DNA of 64,000 bases from Kudoa neothunni (taxonomy: Eukaryota; Animalia; Cnidaria), in the NCBI GenBank assembly GCA_964304625.1, contig OZ199838.1, forward strand, positions 10,001,741-10,065,740, written 5' to 3'. A program made the translations under genes and the position numbers. This document shows, piece by piece, positions 1-12,979 of the stretch. The stretch's first letter is position 1; each line of letters starts with the position of its first letter. The notes under the pieces were generated by a model, which did no database searches, had not been told where the DNA came from, and was given only the letters and a program-made list of their open reading frames with translations.

Positions 1-230
1 AGCTTTACAATTTTATTTTTATATAGTTATACTTATTTTTATTTTATTACAAAATGATAAATATAGAACCTTTTACAAAAATATAAACCCCGTTGTTGTC
101 TCGGCTCCCTCATTCATTGAGTCTCCCGCTGTATCCTGTTTCGCACTCATCCTGGTTAGCGCCATAGAAACACTTTTGCAAGACACGACACAAAACGATT
201 AATATCGAGCATAAGTCAAATATAAAAGAA

Positions 231-320
231 TATATATATCCAACACCCGTTATGCGATTTATCGTGTGTGTATGTATGTATGTATGTATTCAGTAAAAAG
301 TTGACGCGGTTTTATTCAAC
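231..320 (+). repeat. (TG)n(TATG)n microsatellite after a TATATA run
   Basis: TATATATATC...CGTGTGTGTATGTATGTATGTATGTA; resembles the microsatellite-bearing Helitron 5' ends elsewhere in the window. Confidence 0.5.
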
Positions 321-2590
321 TATGATTTAGCTTTAAAATAATATTAGAAACTAAATGATTACTATCATGAGATTAATACACATTTATTGAATATTACACA
401 ATAGGACAGCTCTATGTCCTCTAACTCGAAAATGGCGACGCAACGATGAAACACCACCTGCCTGTGTCTAGTGTCACATTAATCAAAGCGAACTTGCTAA
501 AATTAATGTTCTACGATCTTATTTTTATCCTTTTATTTAATTATAAAATTCTAATGAGACAAAAGTTCTTTTATGAAAACAATGCGAATCATCGTTTTCG
601 TGAGAGTTTATGTGATTGAGTTACCTTTAAGAACCGCTTAATTCAGTATTCATAAGCTAAAATAATCAGTCATAAAACAAATAAACACTATTTTCATTAA
701 TTATTGGAATATAATAGTTATATAAAAATGTATGTTGTTATTTTTTATCTTGTTCCTCGTTTTATACATCGTCAAAGACGGTAAACTTAAGTGAAGCGGC
801 TTACATAGGGAAATTTTAATCGCCTTTATGCAACAGCTTATGCGCTGTATAAATTATTCTTATATTACGTTTTTTACATCTTTATAGACGTTCCCGATCC
901 TAATTGTATAATTTTACGTATTTAGATTTTCTTTAAATTACGAAAGTCAGAGATATAGGTTTATTAAACTTATGAATATTGCATGCGCAAGCATCTTGCT
1001 AAATAAAACATTATGAGAATTTTACCAAAAGTGGTTTTATTTATCAAAAAAAATATTATATAATATCTTTCAAACAGAAAAAATAATTTTGTGGACAAAC
1101 CTTAGTTGTGAAAAGTTCGTTAAAACGAATTATTCCATTTCTCTATTTCATCAAGTATAAAATAATAATTTATCATACCTATATCATAAAAAAAGTTAAT
1201 ATGTTGAATTAACATATACACATTCGAAAATAAAAACATCCATTATACTTTAAAATTAATAATTTAATCATAATTATGTAGAGCTTTGTAACCAATATAA
1301 TTTTAGAATACTAAATTCTATGAATATTATCAATTTGAATTTTTCATACTATTCTGTTACAAGTTTGTGTTATAATGTAAATATAATTTTTTTTAACATG
1401 TTAAAATCAGCACTATATCATTTTTTATCGAATTTTTATAAAACAAACAAATTAATGTTAATATTGTACGAATAATGTTGAATTATTCAGGATGTATTAT
1501 TTGTTAAACCATCTAAGAAAAATTTATAAACTAAAAAACATTTTATTAATTATTATTGTAAATAATATAGTTTGACGAGTATTCATTAAATGTTACATAT
1601 TAATCAATATGTAAACTAGGGATGTGAGCATGCGCAAAACAAAAATAAAATGAGTTGTGTATTTGTTTGTTTTACGATAAAATTTATAACTCTTGTAAAT
1701 ATAACTAAGAGAAATTTTTAGAAATACTATATTTTAACATATATTATTCCGATATGTAAAGTTTTCTTTGATTTAATGTCTAAATAACGGTCGATATGTA
1801 GACGGTATATATGAGCATTATAATACAATAGGAAAATGCTCATTGGTGACAAAAAACTTAATTATTTGGAATGTTTTGTAAAACTAAGTTAGATTTAAGA
1901 TTGGTTAAAATCCGAATGTATAGATTGTTCGACTTAGTGTGATCTTGTTAAATTTTTCTCAATAAACTATTTATAACACTGATGATTTTAGTTTAATAGT
2001 CTATAATTAATAAACATGTTCCGTAATACGTAATTCGAGAATCAACTATCCCAGACTTTGGTAAATTAAACCTACGGTTCAAGACACTTGCGGAAATTCT
2101 AGTAATTTTGTACCTATTTTCATTAAAACATGGAAAAATAACATTATTAATTAATTAAATACAAAGTAAGAATGGTACAAAGTTAAATCTTAATTTTATA
2201 CATACATGGAAAATAATTTTCTCACAAGATGTTTATATGATTAATATTATTACAGTCGAACATAAACAATGTCATACGCGCGTGGCTTTTAAAATTTCTA
2301 CTTAAATGACTCTTTAATTGATTAATAAGAAATTTTTCACTATTTATTAAGTAATATATTTTATCTTCTGTAACTCATTTTAAAAACATGGACATATCTA
2401 TCGACTAAGAATATGGAGACTTAAAGGAAAAACAGTACATAATTATGACAGTTTTTACACGCCTACAGAGGAGTAACCTACTTTTTTAAATAATCGATAA
2501 TGATTGCTTAACTTAATTATTACAAAAAAATGTATTAATAAAAAACCTAGAATTATTTGTTATTTAAATATTGCATTGGTATATATGCTA

Positions 2591-2814
2591 CAGTAAGCAA
2601 CCGATAATGCGTAATCCCCTCAGGACCATCAAAAAAAGTGCGTATTATCGGTTAGTCATGTGATATAACAGATTGGAAATTTCCTAATTTAATTTTAAAA
2701 TATTGTTAAGACTTTTATCCTTTTAAAATTACAAACATATTACAAAACGTTCCACCCAATATAAACTTTGAATACGTCGTATCGATGAAAGTGCGTAATA
2801 TCGGTTGCCTACTG
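2591..2814. mobile_element. pogo/Tigger-type MITE (224 bp)
   Basis: TIRs CAGTAAGCAACCGATAATGCG and (reverse complement) CAGTAGGCAACCGATATTACG; TA on both flanks. Confidence 0.8.
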
Positions 2815-3219
2815 TATATCGTACTAACGTGAAAACCCCCCTTCGCTTGGGTTTCCTTGCCCGACCACGCTGACTTAAGCCTCGAATAGGCCAAGGTCAT
2901 TTTATGTTGAGTAAATTTTAATTATTTTATCGTCCTTTCTATAACTGTCTTGATTGAAACAAGCAGCAATAACCCGATCATGTTCACTTTCTTCTTTATT
3001 GGACTTTATTTACATTTAGGAATCATAAGTTCTTGCAACTCGTGTGGCTTATTAATCTCCCTTTAAACAACAAATCTTCGTTTTAAAGTGTAAAAAGAGT
3101 AAAGTTAAAGTTTCAGGTGTATTTAAATAATATCAATTAAAGTTATATACGCATATTATTGAACATTATAGCTAATTATGTATTTTATAAAGTATAATAA
3201 GAAATTCAAATACTAAAGA

Positions 3220-3297
3220 AAGTCTCTGTATAAGGAAAAGATTTGTGCGCACACACACACTACTACTTTATATATATAGAAGGTAGATAGATAGATA
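3220..3297 (-). mobile_element. Helitron-like 5' end fragment
   Basis: Reverse complement TCTATCTATCTACCTTCTATATATATAAAG...(TG)n...TTTTCCTTATACAGAGA matches the 5' ends at 14110, 22550, 45819, 55342. Confidence 0.55.
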
Positions 3298-3479
3298 TGT
3301 CGTACGGTGATGGATGGTACATTTATCCGGAAATATTATTAAATAGTTATTGCGGTTTCCTGATAATCGAGGTTCTACTGTATATAGATAAAGAAATACT
3401 GGTTTTGCTTCCAAGTTCGGATCGCTAACAATCGAATTCGGATATTTTAGGCTGTACAAAAACTAACGTTCAAAATAAA

Positions 3480-4300
3480 AATGTTCATGGTTACTGCTAG
3501 ATCGATAAATAATTGTTTATTTAATTAACGTAAACACCAACTCAAAACGATTGAAAAACGGGGAATTTCTTAAGAGATACTGTATTTCATCAGAGAATGT
3601 GTCGTAAAACTTGAAATTTGAATGATGGGATCTCACGTTGTCCATCACAACAATAAAATGTCGTCTATCCAAAGTTTCTTTCACTTTTTTTTAAAATGAC
3701 TGAAAAATTTCAATGTTCATCCGAGCCAGAAACAGCCTTGCAATTAAATACATTAGGATGGGTTCTTCTAGAGAAGCTACCGTCGTTTCTTTACATGTAG
3801 AGCGAAAAAGTACTTTCATCCATAAAAATAAGATTTTGGTATTTTGTGGTAATAGAAAATTGAGTAAATCATTCAGCATACTTTTTTCTCTCCAACTTTA
3901 TAACATAAGAATTTCTATTCGACGGCATTGTTTTAATTATTTTAAATGTAATATTTGTGAATGTCAACCATCGACGAGGAGAGTTACAATGAACACAAAT
4001 TTTTTAAAAACTAGTTTAATGATACTTCCCTTATTTCATTCTTGTATTCTGGGTAATTAACCATCATTGTTTTCATTGTTTATTGGCGTCGCGCGATCCG
4101 AAATTAAGCGCAAAACCCGGTATATTCAAGCTTTGAATATCCAATGGTAATAAAAGTTTTTTACAAAACTTTATTTAATAAATCAGACAAAAGAAATTTA
4201 ACTTAACCCAATTTCCAAAAATGATACGAACCCTCCTGTGGAAATCGATACTTCACATATGTTTGACCTTACCGAGAGGATTAAGAAAGAACGCTTCCTA
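3480..4300 (-). mobile_element. IS630/Tc1-mariner (DDE_3) transposase remnant
   Basis: Minus-strand LIFMDESTFSL, FIVVMDNVRSHH and a degenerate SPFFN; stops and frameshifts; boundaries approximate. Confidence 0.7.
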
Positions 4301-4590
4301 GATATACTATTAAAATTAATAAATACACTAATTTACTATTGAATGTTCCAAAAAAACGTAATATAAACGTCTAATTAAGCTCAATAACAACAAAACCTAA
4401 CAAAAGTACGAAATGAGCCCGAACTTGTATCGCAAGAAAATCGGTAATAACGATTTTTTACTTTGGAAAATAGACATTTAATGTTATAATTTTGAGACAT
4501 TACTAGAATAATAATATTTTACAGATTCGTGAAATAATATTACTTAATTATTATTTATCAAAGAAAAAAAAAGACAGGATTAAAAAAATA

Positions 4591-4646
4591 ATTCAATTTA
4601 TGAAACGATGCGGCTGCGGCGTGAATAATTGCGTCGTTCGTATATA
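4591..4646 (+). promoter_or_regulatory. Conserved H2A upstream motif plus TATA (copy 1)
   Basis: ATGCGGCTGCGGCGTGAATAATTG (4608-4631), then TATATA at 4641, 42 nt before the ATG; same arrangement at copy 2. Confidence 0.6.
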
Positions 4647-4682
4647 TGTTGTAAGCAATCGGTACAGTTCAGTAATTGTGAA

Positions 4683-5081
4683 ATGAGTGGAAGAGGTAAA
4701 AGGTGCTGGTAAAGCTAAAGGAAAGCCTAAGAGTAGATCAAGCAAAGCTGGATTGCAGTTCCCCGTTGGTCGTCTTCACAGACGTCTTAAGAAGGGTAAC
4801 TATGCTGAGAGAGTTGGTAGCTCTGCTCCAGTCTACTTAGCAGCCGTCTTGGAATATCTTGCTGCTGAGGTTTTGGAGTTGGCTGGTAACGCCGCTAGAG
4901 ACAACAAAAAATCTAGAATCATCCCGAGACACCTTCAATTGGCCATCAGAGAATGATGAAGAATTGAGCAAACTTCTCTCTGGAGTCACCATTGCTCAAG
5001 GTGGTGTTCATCCCAAATATCCAATCTGCTCTTCTTCCCAGAAAGACTGATTCTCATGCCAAAGACTCTCAGGAGGTCTGA
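4683..5081 (+). CDS. H2AX: Histone H2A.X-type, copy 1 (three +1 insertions: pseudogene or sequencing error)
   Basis: ATG 4683 to TGA 5079-5081 = 399 nt versus 396 nt for copy 2. Extra A in ggtaaaagg, extra G in agagaatga, extra T in gttcatccc. Otherwise matches 21457-21852 apart from two synonymous changes; ends SQEV. Confidence 0.9.
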
Positions 5082-5614
5082 TTGACATTTCTTTTTTGTA
5101 AATTTTTGTTTTTTGCCGAATCATTAATCTTTCGTTTCTTTTTGCGTATTGTTTTATTTATTGTCCGTATTGCGCGCTATCGGTTGTTTGGTTTAACTCG
5201 AATCCGGTGGATACGGTTAAGGCCATAAAGTATATATTAAATTTTCCGGGTGTGTCAATTTGTAATTTTTCATTATTTGTGGAGAGACATGTATGTTGCT
5301 CCTTTTTGAGCACAGCACGTATGAAATGATAAAAAATTTATTTTAACCCAGAAGAGTACGTAAAAAATTATTGAAAATTAATGTTAGGTTATGTAGCTAA
5401 GCATTAATATTTAATACGATTTTCAATTGTTGATGTTTAGCGATATTGGTCTTATTCATATGGTATGATTTTGAGATTACTGCGGACAAGGAAAAAATCT
5501 ATGTTCTAGGGGCTCTAAATAGGAAATTCAAACGTTCAGTTGTGTTTATTCGTTTTTGAAAATATTAAATAATAAGATCCATGCGCCAAATGAGTTGAAT
5601 AAATCATCAGTTAA

Positions 5615-7500
5615 CTCTTAACATCCTAACCCTGTGCTCCACGAGCTTACTCCCGAATAAAACTCGCTTTATTTAAATTAGCAAATTTTCACCCCGGATT
5701 TCACGTAAAATGCCTGAAAAATTTAGTTTCCGCATATTAATATTAAACTATTTCAAATACAGGTGAGCTTATTATTAAGTAAACAAATAACAAATCCTGC
5801 CATTTTTAATCCCAAATATTAACAAGATTTTCCCAGCACATTGTATTGTCCAGCAATAATGGCTTCTTCTGATGCAAGAAATATATCTTCAGGTGAAATT
5901 TAAGTTATTGCAGATAGAAAGAGAACCTAAATTTTGTAATGCTAACATATTGAGTAATTTCAATTTTGAAGGATTTTGCATTATATTTCTATTCATAGAT
6001 GATGTTGACACTACAAACGAATACACCTAATGGACGAAGATAATATAAGTTCCACTTCTTATATTTTAAAAGACAAATCTTACGCTGGTCTCCAAAATCC
6101 ATACCTGGAAGAACTGCCAATCAAAATATTATCAATAATGATTCATGGAAACGCCTAGATTGCATCGAATTAAAAGCTTTCTTAGGATTGCTGTTATTGG
6201 CTGGAGCCTATAAATCAAACCTAGAGAGTACCAGGATTCTGTGGCATGAAATTCACGGAAGACCATTGTTTCGTGCCACTATGAGTGAAATGAGATTTCG
6301 AAAAATTTTAAATTGCTTGCGCTTTGATGAATATTGGAAGCGTAAAAAGTTCCCAAATTCAGTTGATAAATTTTCCCTCGTCAGGAAATTTTTCGGAAAT
6401 CTGTAAGAATAGTTATATCCCTGGACCTAATTTGACCGTAGATGAACAAATAAATCCGTTCCGAGGGCGTGTATCATTTCTTGTTTACATGCCAAAAAAA
6501 CCATTCAAATATGGGCTAAAATTTTGGATCGTATGTGATAGTCGAACACGTTAGGTATCCAACGTTTTACCTTACTTGGGTAGAATTGATTTGACTCAAC
6601 ATTTGTTGGACTCGTGAAGAACTATTACATGTGATAACTATTTCACTTCCTGGAAGCTAGCCCTATCTCTACGAGAAAGAAAAACGTCCATTCTTGGTAC
6701 GATACGCAAATCTCGAACATTTATTCCACCCGAATTTCAACTAAATAACTCTAGGAAGATATTTTCATCCTTATTTGGTTTCTATAAGTCATCTACCCTA
6801 ATTTCTTATGTACCAAGGAAAAACAAGGCTGTAATAATTCTTTCTTCAGAGCATCGTACTCCAAGTATTAGTTCAGAGTACCATCGTAAACCAAAAGCAA
6901 TCTTGGATTATAATGCACGGAAATGTTGCGTTGACATTTTGGATCAATGTATTTCCATTTACACATGTAAAAGAAAATGTAGATGGTGGCCGTTCGCAGT
7001 ATTTTATCAAATACTTGATATAGCTGCGTTCAATGCATTTACTGTATTCATTCATGGCAGTCCCCATTATTGTGACACAAGCAAGTCAAATCGTTGCCAA
7101 CAATTTCTCATGGATTTGTCCATGTCATTAATTAAGCCCGAACAGGAAAGAAGATATAAAATTGCATTTGTTTCTGACCAGCCTGCTGTTAAAGAACAAT
7201 GGAAATAGTTGGTTTCGAATTTAACAAAGAAAGCGATGTTGTTTGTGTCCTACCCTGTATCGTACGTCGAAGCAAGCAAGTCTGTCACTTATGTGATTGA
7301 AGTGTTTGTAATGAACATTCAAAGAAAAACATTATTTGTTTAAACTGTGACTCTCAATAAAAATAATTTAAATATATTTCTTGTCTATGATTTTTTATTG
7401 AATGATATGTGAATGTATATAACGGTTGGAACATATGGTAGAAGTGAATTTAAAATAAATAATTATTAATTTTGCTAACTAAATTAATAGGAATGTTGAT
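5615..7500 (+). mobile_element. Decayed piggyBac (DDE_Tnp_1_7) element
   Basis: MSEMRFRKILNCLRFD, LTVDEQINPFRGRVSFLVYMPKKPFKYGLKFW, ITCDNYFTS, DYN..K..VDILDQ, WPFAVFYQILDIAAFNAF, Cys-rich C-terminus; ends approximate. Confidence 0.88.
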
Positions 7501-7674
7501 TAACATACAAATAAATTAAAGCTGACAACGAATAAATACATTTTAATAATAGGAAACAATATAATAATTCCTGCTAAGTTTTTTTGTTATGCGTAATACT
7601 AAAGTTTATCATGCTACCTTTAACTATTCTATTTTTGTTTATATATCAAATACAATGTGACCTGCTAATAGTAG

Positions 7675-7771
7675 AAAAGTTAATTTAGAACATTAATATA
7701 TTTTTTGAATGTAATTAAGAAACGTCTCTATGCGAAATCGTTCCCATGCAACGCTGGGCAATTCGCGCTTG
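7675..7771 (+). mobile_element. Helitron 3' terminus (hairpin, degenerate CTAG)
   Basis: CCCATGCAACGCTGGGCAATTCGCGCTTGT is homologous to 56340-56434. Confidence 0.7.
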
Positions 7772-8249
7772 TCATAAAGTTAGTCGATTTCCGTTTGAAT
7801 TTCCTTAAACCTTAAAAACTTTCGAACGTAAATTTACATCCGTCTTTACTTAAAGAATCAATAATTTTTAATTATTTTATTTGTAGTGATTGTTAACTTA
7901 GGATTGCAAAGTTTTAAGCAGTAGGAACGTATGTAACTAAGTAACATTATAACAAGACATGCCATAGTTTCTTATTTTTTTCGTTATATCCAAGAAATTA
8001 CAGCATCCAAAATAAAGAAATTGATATCGTATCGGCGGTTAAAGAGAAACGCAAAAATAGAGTATGTGAAAACGCATTTTCAAATGCAAACAACACACAC
8101 GTGTAACATTCCAAATCTACTAAATAATTTGGTCGAAGTTTATTAATGTTAAGAGAATTGTACGTGATAATTTATATAAAAAATTCAAGATGTAAAAACC
8201 TTATTTACTAAAGTTATGGTTTAAACAAGAAAATGTGATATGATATTAC

Positions 8250-9697
8250 TCATTCACTGTTTGGATTATCATCTACTGTAACTGGGTCTCCATCGTTGTA
8301 ATGATCTCCGCAGATGGCCTCGCATTCAGTCCCCTTTTTAAAATTATTAGAGTTTCCTTCATATCCCTTATAATAAAAAGCTTTGCATCTATGTTTATTG
8401 TAGTCATAATAGAATCTTTTGACTTTAAATACATCTTGTGGGGTCCATACTCCCGCTTTTCCTCGAACACAAGTTTCTTCGATCACAATTTTCTTTTTAT
8501 ATTCCTCTAAATTTATTTTGAAATTAAAATCAATTTTAGAAAAAATATAGCCTTGAAACTTCTGTATAATTTAATCTTTTAAATGAATTAACATAAGTAC
8601 CTGCTCCGCAATAGCTATGACACATTTCCATAGTTGGAAAATTATTGTTCGCTAGATTAAATGTGGAAGCTCCTGTTTCCATGCGTTTACACACTTTTTT
8701 CGCCTGGTCATAATAGTATCGGAACACAACCTCATTATCTTGTGGGCTTTCTGGATTATTTATACTAACTTGAAATGGACTAGTGTCGCATGCACCTACT
8801 CTCTTTTTATGTTGCGGTACATCATTATCTGTATTTGCGTGTGCTAAAATACATAAGACATTGATATAAATAATAAATATACGAAAACATGTTTTAACAC
8901 ATTCACCAAACGAATTGAAGATCCCTCTTGTATTTGAGTCTAAGGAGACTGCTGCATAAGCACACTTGTTTTTCTTAGTATCGGCAATGATTGCTGTGTT
9001 TGGATCTTTGTCTTTAACGTCAGGTTTAAGTTCGCAGTCCAATGTGTTCGGTACTTTGTAAATTGAAGCTGCATCAACGTTTTTTATTTTGCCATCATCA
9101 GCATTTGTAAGCCCGCCATTCCGTTTATCTATAAAATATGATTTATTTATATAAAAATGTTCGTATTTTTTACTTAAACAATATAATTGGCATTCATCTG
9201 CACTACTGTAACGATTAAAGCTTCCCCCACATCCATTATATTGAAAAGAAACACATTCGGCTTTTGTTTGATCAAAATAGTACTGTGATGTTGTTTCTGT
9301 GTTTTTTATGCAATGTCCTGGATGCATGGGTTTTTTACACCCTTGGAGTTTTTCTTTTTGTGTTAACTGCCCCACTAGAAATGGCGATAAATTTACATTA
9401 ATTTAGAAAAATACCATGCAGTTCACATAATCCTTTTGAGGCGAAATTGTTATAGTTTCCTTTGATTCCTCGGTATTCGAGAGGTTTGCATTTAGCATCT
9501 TGGATGTCAATGAACCATCGATCAATGACATTGTCCATACTTCTTTGTACATCGACAGGCCAATCTCCCTCATCTCTCTCGTAAGAGGGCAAAATAGGAT
9601 CTAACAGAATATTAAAACGAGATGAAACTGTTTATTTACCTAATAAAAAGTTTGGAAAATGTAACGCAAATAATATCTTGAATAACAATAATTTCAT
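8250..9697 (-). CDS. Secreted multi-Kunitz (BPTI-like) protein, 5 domains, 6 exons
   Basis: Hydrophobic N-terminus MKLLLFKILFALHFPNFLL. Phase-1 GT-AG introns at 9639-9601, 9414-9375, 9173-9129, 8882-8844, 8600-8507. Kunitz signatures YYFD...C..FQYNGCGGSFNRY...EC..YC, RYYYD...C...NNF...C...C, RFYYD...CKAFYYKGYEGNSNNF...CEAIC. Confidence 0.88.
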
Positions 9698-9751
9698 TTT
9701 ATAACAAATAATCCGATAACAGAAATTGAAACGAAGATGGATTATCAAGTA

Positions 9752-11648
9752 CAGTGGTTGACGGATTCTACGCAGTACCGATTTTACGCACTTTTTATGT
9801 TGACATTCATTGGTGTAAAAATTATACAAACCAAATGATCGATAATTTATTCATAAATATTTCTTCGAATTCTTATTTAAAAAATTTTTTTGGATTAATA
9901 GAAAAATCAAGAGTACGTAAAATCGGTATGACCGCTTTTACGTCCTTTTTTATAACACGTTGCGCATGTTTTCTGCCCCTTCGTAGACTCTGGAATGACT
10001 AAAACAATAAAAAATTTTAATTTACCCACAATATCATCCTTGAATAGCATTCTCGATAAAAGAAAGAAATTGAGACCAACGACGAGTCTGGTCTAATTTC
10101 GTCGAAAAGAAAAAATTTTAAACTGGGGAATGAGAATGATATCGATGAAGCTATTTTAACTGGTTCAATGTTATGAGGAGCAAAAACGTCGAACTATCCA
10201 TATACGGTATTATCTCTAAACGAAACGATATAGCCGAATCGAGGGGCGATAATTCTATTGCTACCACAGGTTGGTTCAGAGGATTTAGAACTCGCTTCAA
10301 CCTGAGAAAGGTTACCTTCCATGGTAAATCTGCCCCGGTAGATCCAACGGTTGTAGATGATTGGAGGTTACGTTTAGCTGATGTTTCATCCGGTTTCTCT
10401 CCTGATTGCGTATACAATTTAGACGAACTGACACTTTATTACCAATGGAAGAGAGATAAACAATTAATAATTAAATATTAATAAATATTTCACAGGTAAA
10501 AGCTATGTTGCTTCTAAAGAACGAAATAACGGATGCCTAAAAAAAAGAGTGACCATTTTATTTGATGCTTCCATGACTGGTGAAAAGCTTGATCCGCTTG
10601 TAATGAGGCATTTTTGTAAACCTCGATGTTTTAAAAATGTGCCTAATTTGCCAGTCGCTTACGAACATTCAAAAAAAGCTTGGATGAATGGAGCCATCTG
10701 TTAAAATTGAATAATTTTTTCAGGAGTAAAGACAAAAAAGTACTCCTATTCGTTGACATTGCAAATTGCCATATTCATTTCGACCTAAGTAATATCACTC
10801 TCGAGTATCTACCCAAGAATAGTACGAGTGTGTTGCAGCCCCTTGATCAAGGGATTATTCGTTCCTTTAAGGTTTCGTACATTTCAAAATTGATACAGAG
10901 AACTATTGCGTATGTTGAAGCCGAAATGACTTCTAACCCTCCAGACCTTCTAGATGCTCTGATGATGATAAAAAATGCTTGGCATGATGTTAATCAACAG
11001 ACTGTCATTAATTGTTTTGAAAAAGCTGGTTTTACCAAACAAGATACAAGTATTTTAAATGAAGTCAACATCACTCAAACAAAAGCTGATCTTGAAGATT
11101 TCGAACAATATTCTAATAAACTGGATAATAAATCAGATGAGGAGTTCCAACTCGAAGTCGAAGATAGCATCACTTCAAAATGCGCACTAGAGTGTATAAA
11201 TAAATTGAAAACCTATTTTAGAAATAATAAACTTGAATATTATGGACTTCTTTTGAATATTAAAGAAAATTTAGTTCAAACTAAAATAACAAACTTCTTC
11301 CCCAAAACATCGGGTAAATCGTAGCATAATTTTCTTTATTTTGTGTAGTTTTTGGAGATAATAAATTTGGTTTAAATGAGTATTTTCGAAGGTATATTTA
11401 AAGAGTGAGACCAATTAAATTGAGTGAAATTACGCATTAAATTATTACAATCTCGTCGCGAATATTCAAATGATTTCCGCTCACACTCAGTAATATTTGG
11501 AATTTTTATATTAGGTCTTCATCAGATAATTACGATAATGCATTGAAATGCGCAGAATTTATGTATAAGGATAGAAAAAATCAAATACATAAATGAAGAA
11601 AATAAACATACGCACGCGCACAAAGTACGTAAAGTCGGTCAATCACTG
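9752..11648 (+). mobile_element. pogo/Tigger element (CENP-B HTH + DDE_1), decayed
   Basis: 23-bp TIRs CAGTGGTTGACGGATTCTACGCA / CAGTGATTGACCGACTTTACGTA with TA flanks; GWFRGFRTR, YNLDELTLYY, LFVD, LQPLDQGII. Confidence 0.9.
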
Positions 11649-11679
11649 TACACATAAAAAAATTAAATCAATAGCTTTG

Positions 11680-11751
11680 TAGCGGATAAGGATTGAACCC
11701 GTGATCCTCGAGATAAAAGTGGCGGGGCCTTACCACTTAGACTATGGGCCA
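11680..11751 (-). pseudogene. tRNA-derived pseudogene or SINE head
   Basis: Reverse complement has A box TAGTCTAAGTGG with a pairable D stem and B box GGTTCAATCC at tRNA spacing; acceptor and anticodon stems do not pair. Confidence 0.55.
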
Positions 11752-12979
11752 TAGCGCACTTGAAGTTAAGTGCTACTCTATTTATGTGGATGCGCCACAA
11801 TTTATTGGATAATAAGATTAAGAAGTTTAACATGTCTTTTAAATTAAACAAATTTAATCGTATTTTTAAATGAAGTTTTCTGTTAAAAATTAAATACTCT
11901 TTTATACCAAGGCTATAAATTATCATGGGAAAAATCAAATGATATGATGTCATGTGAGTTTAAAAACCCACGTAATTAATGCTTTACCCTAGAAAGCTCA
12001 CCGAAAATAGTTACACAAAGGCTCAATGGGTCCCTCTTGGCCCAAGTATAAATTAATTAAATAAAGTTTCTTTATTATCGTACATAGTTTTTTTATTGTT
12101 TATTTCACTAAAAATAAGGAATTATATTTTGTATATCCTTTTGAAAAATCTGACAAAAAAAATATAATGATGAACAAATTTTTTCCCTTCACTTTAGAAT
12201 CGGTGGTACCTCTTTGCGCATACGCGGAGGTGATATCACGTTCTCCATAATTTCTGCAAATTTCCTACCTTCTCTCTCTATATTTGATTCATAAATATTA
12301 CCAAACAATGTATTAGCGAGTGTTTTAGTTTATGAATTTTTATACATAGATTAGATCATTCTGACGCTCGTTATAATAGCATATTCATTTAAATGTCAAC
12401 ATCAAAATACAAACCGATAAATATGTTGTTACTTTTTAAGTTTTTGTTGACTATAAAATACATATGGAAATATAATAAAGTATTTTAATATTTTATCTAT
12501 TTATGGTAAAAAGTTGGAAACCACATTGAAAAATAATACTATTAAGACAGTACCAAGTCTAGTTGGTAATGCATGTAAGATTTATTCGAATAAAATTTCT
12601 CTCGTATAGAGTTATCGCGCAATTAACAAATATATAATTACATATTATATAAAATAATCATAATATATTAATTATTGTATCTTTAAAATGTTCAATTTTA
12701 TGAATATTAGAATGACTATGTATTTTACTAATTTAATTAAAAAATCTTGAAAACAATTCTGAAATAAATAAACTTTAAATTTATGTTCAGTTACTCTCGT
12801 ATACATAGCTTTATTTATTTATTAGATTCATTTATTACATATAATATAATATTAACATAAGCATAGCATAGCATACAAATATGATAAGTTTTTCAAATGA
12901 TTCCCCAAAAGATGTTTTTTAAAGAAGTAACAATATAAATCCATAAAACGGGATATAATGAACCTTTATGTATTAATTA

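Noticed and set aside
3713-4060. Short antisense or shadow ORFs (also 14265, 16351, 21610, 58033)
   Set aside because: They overlap recognisable genes or transposases on the other strand or frame and have no motifs.
5297-5312. TGCTCCTTTTTGAGCA as a histone 3' stem-loop
   Set aside because: Lacks the GG...CC base and the closing U-A pair, lies ~215 nt after the stop, and is not seen at copy 2.
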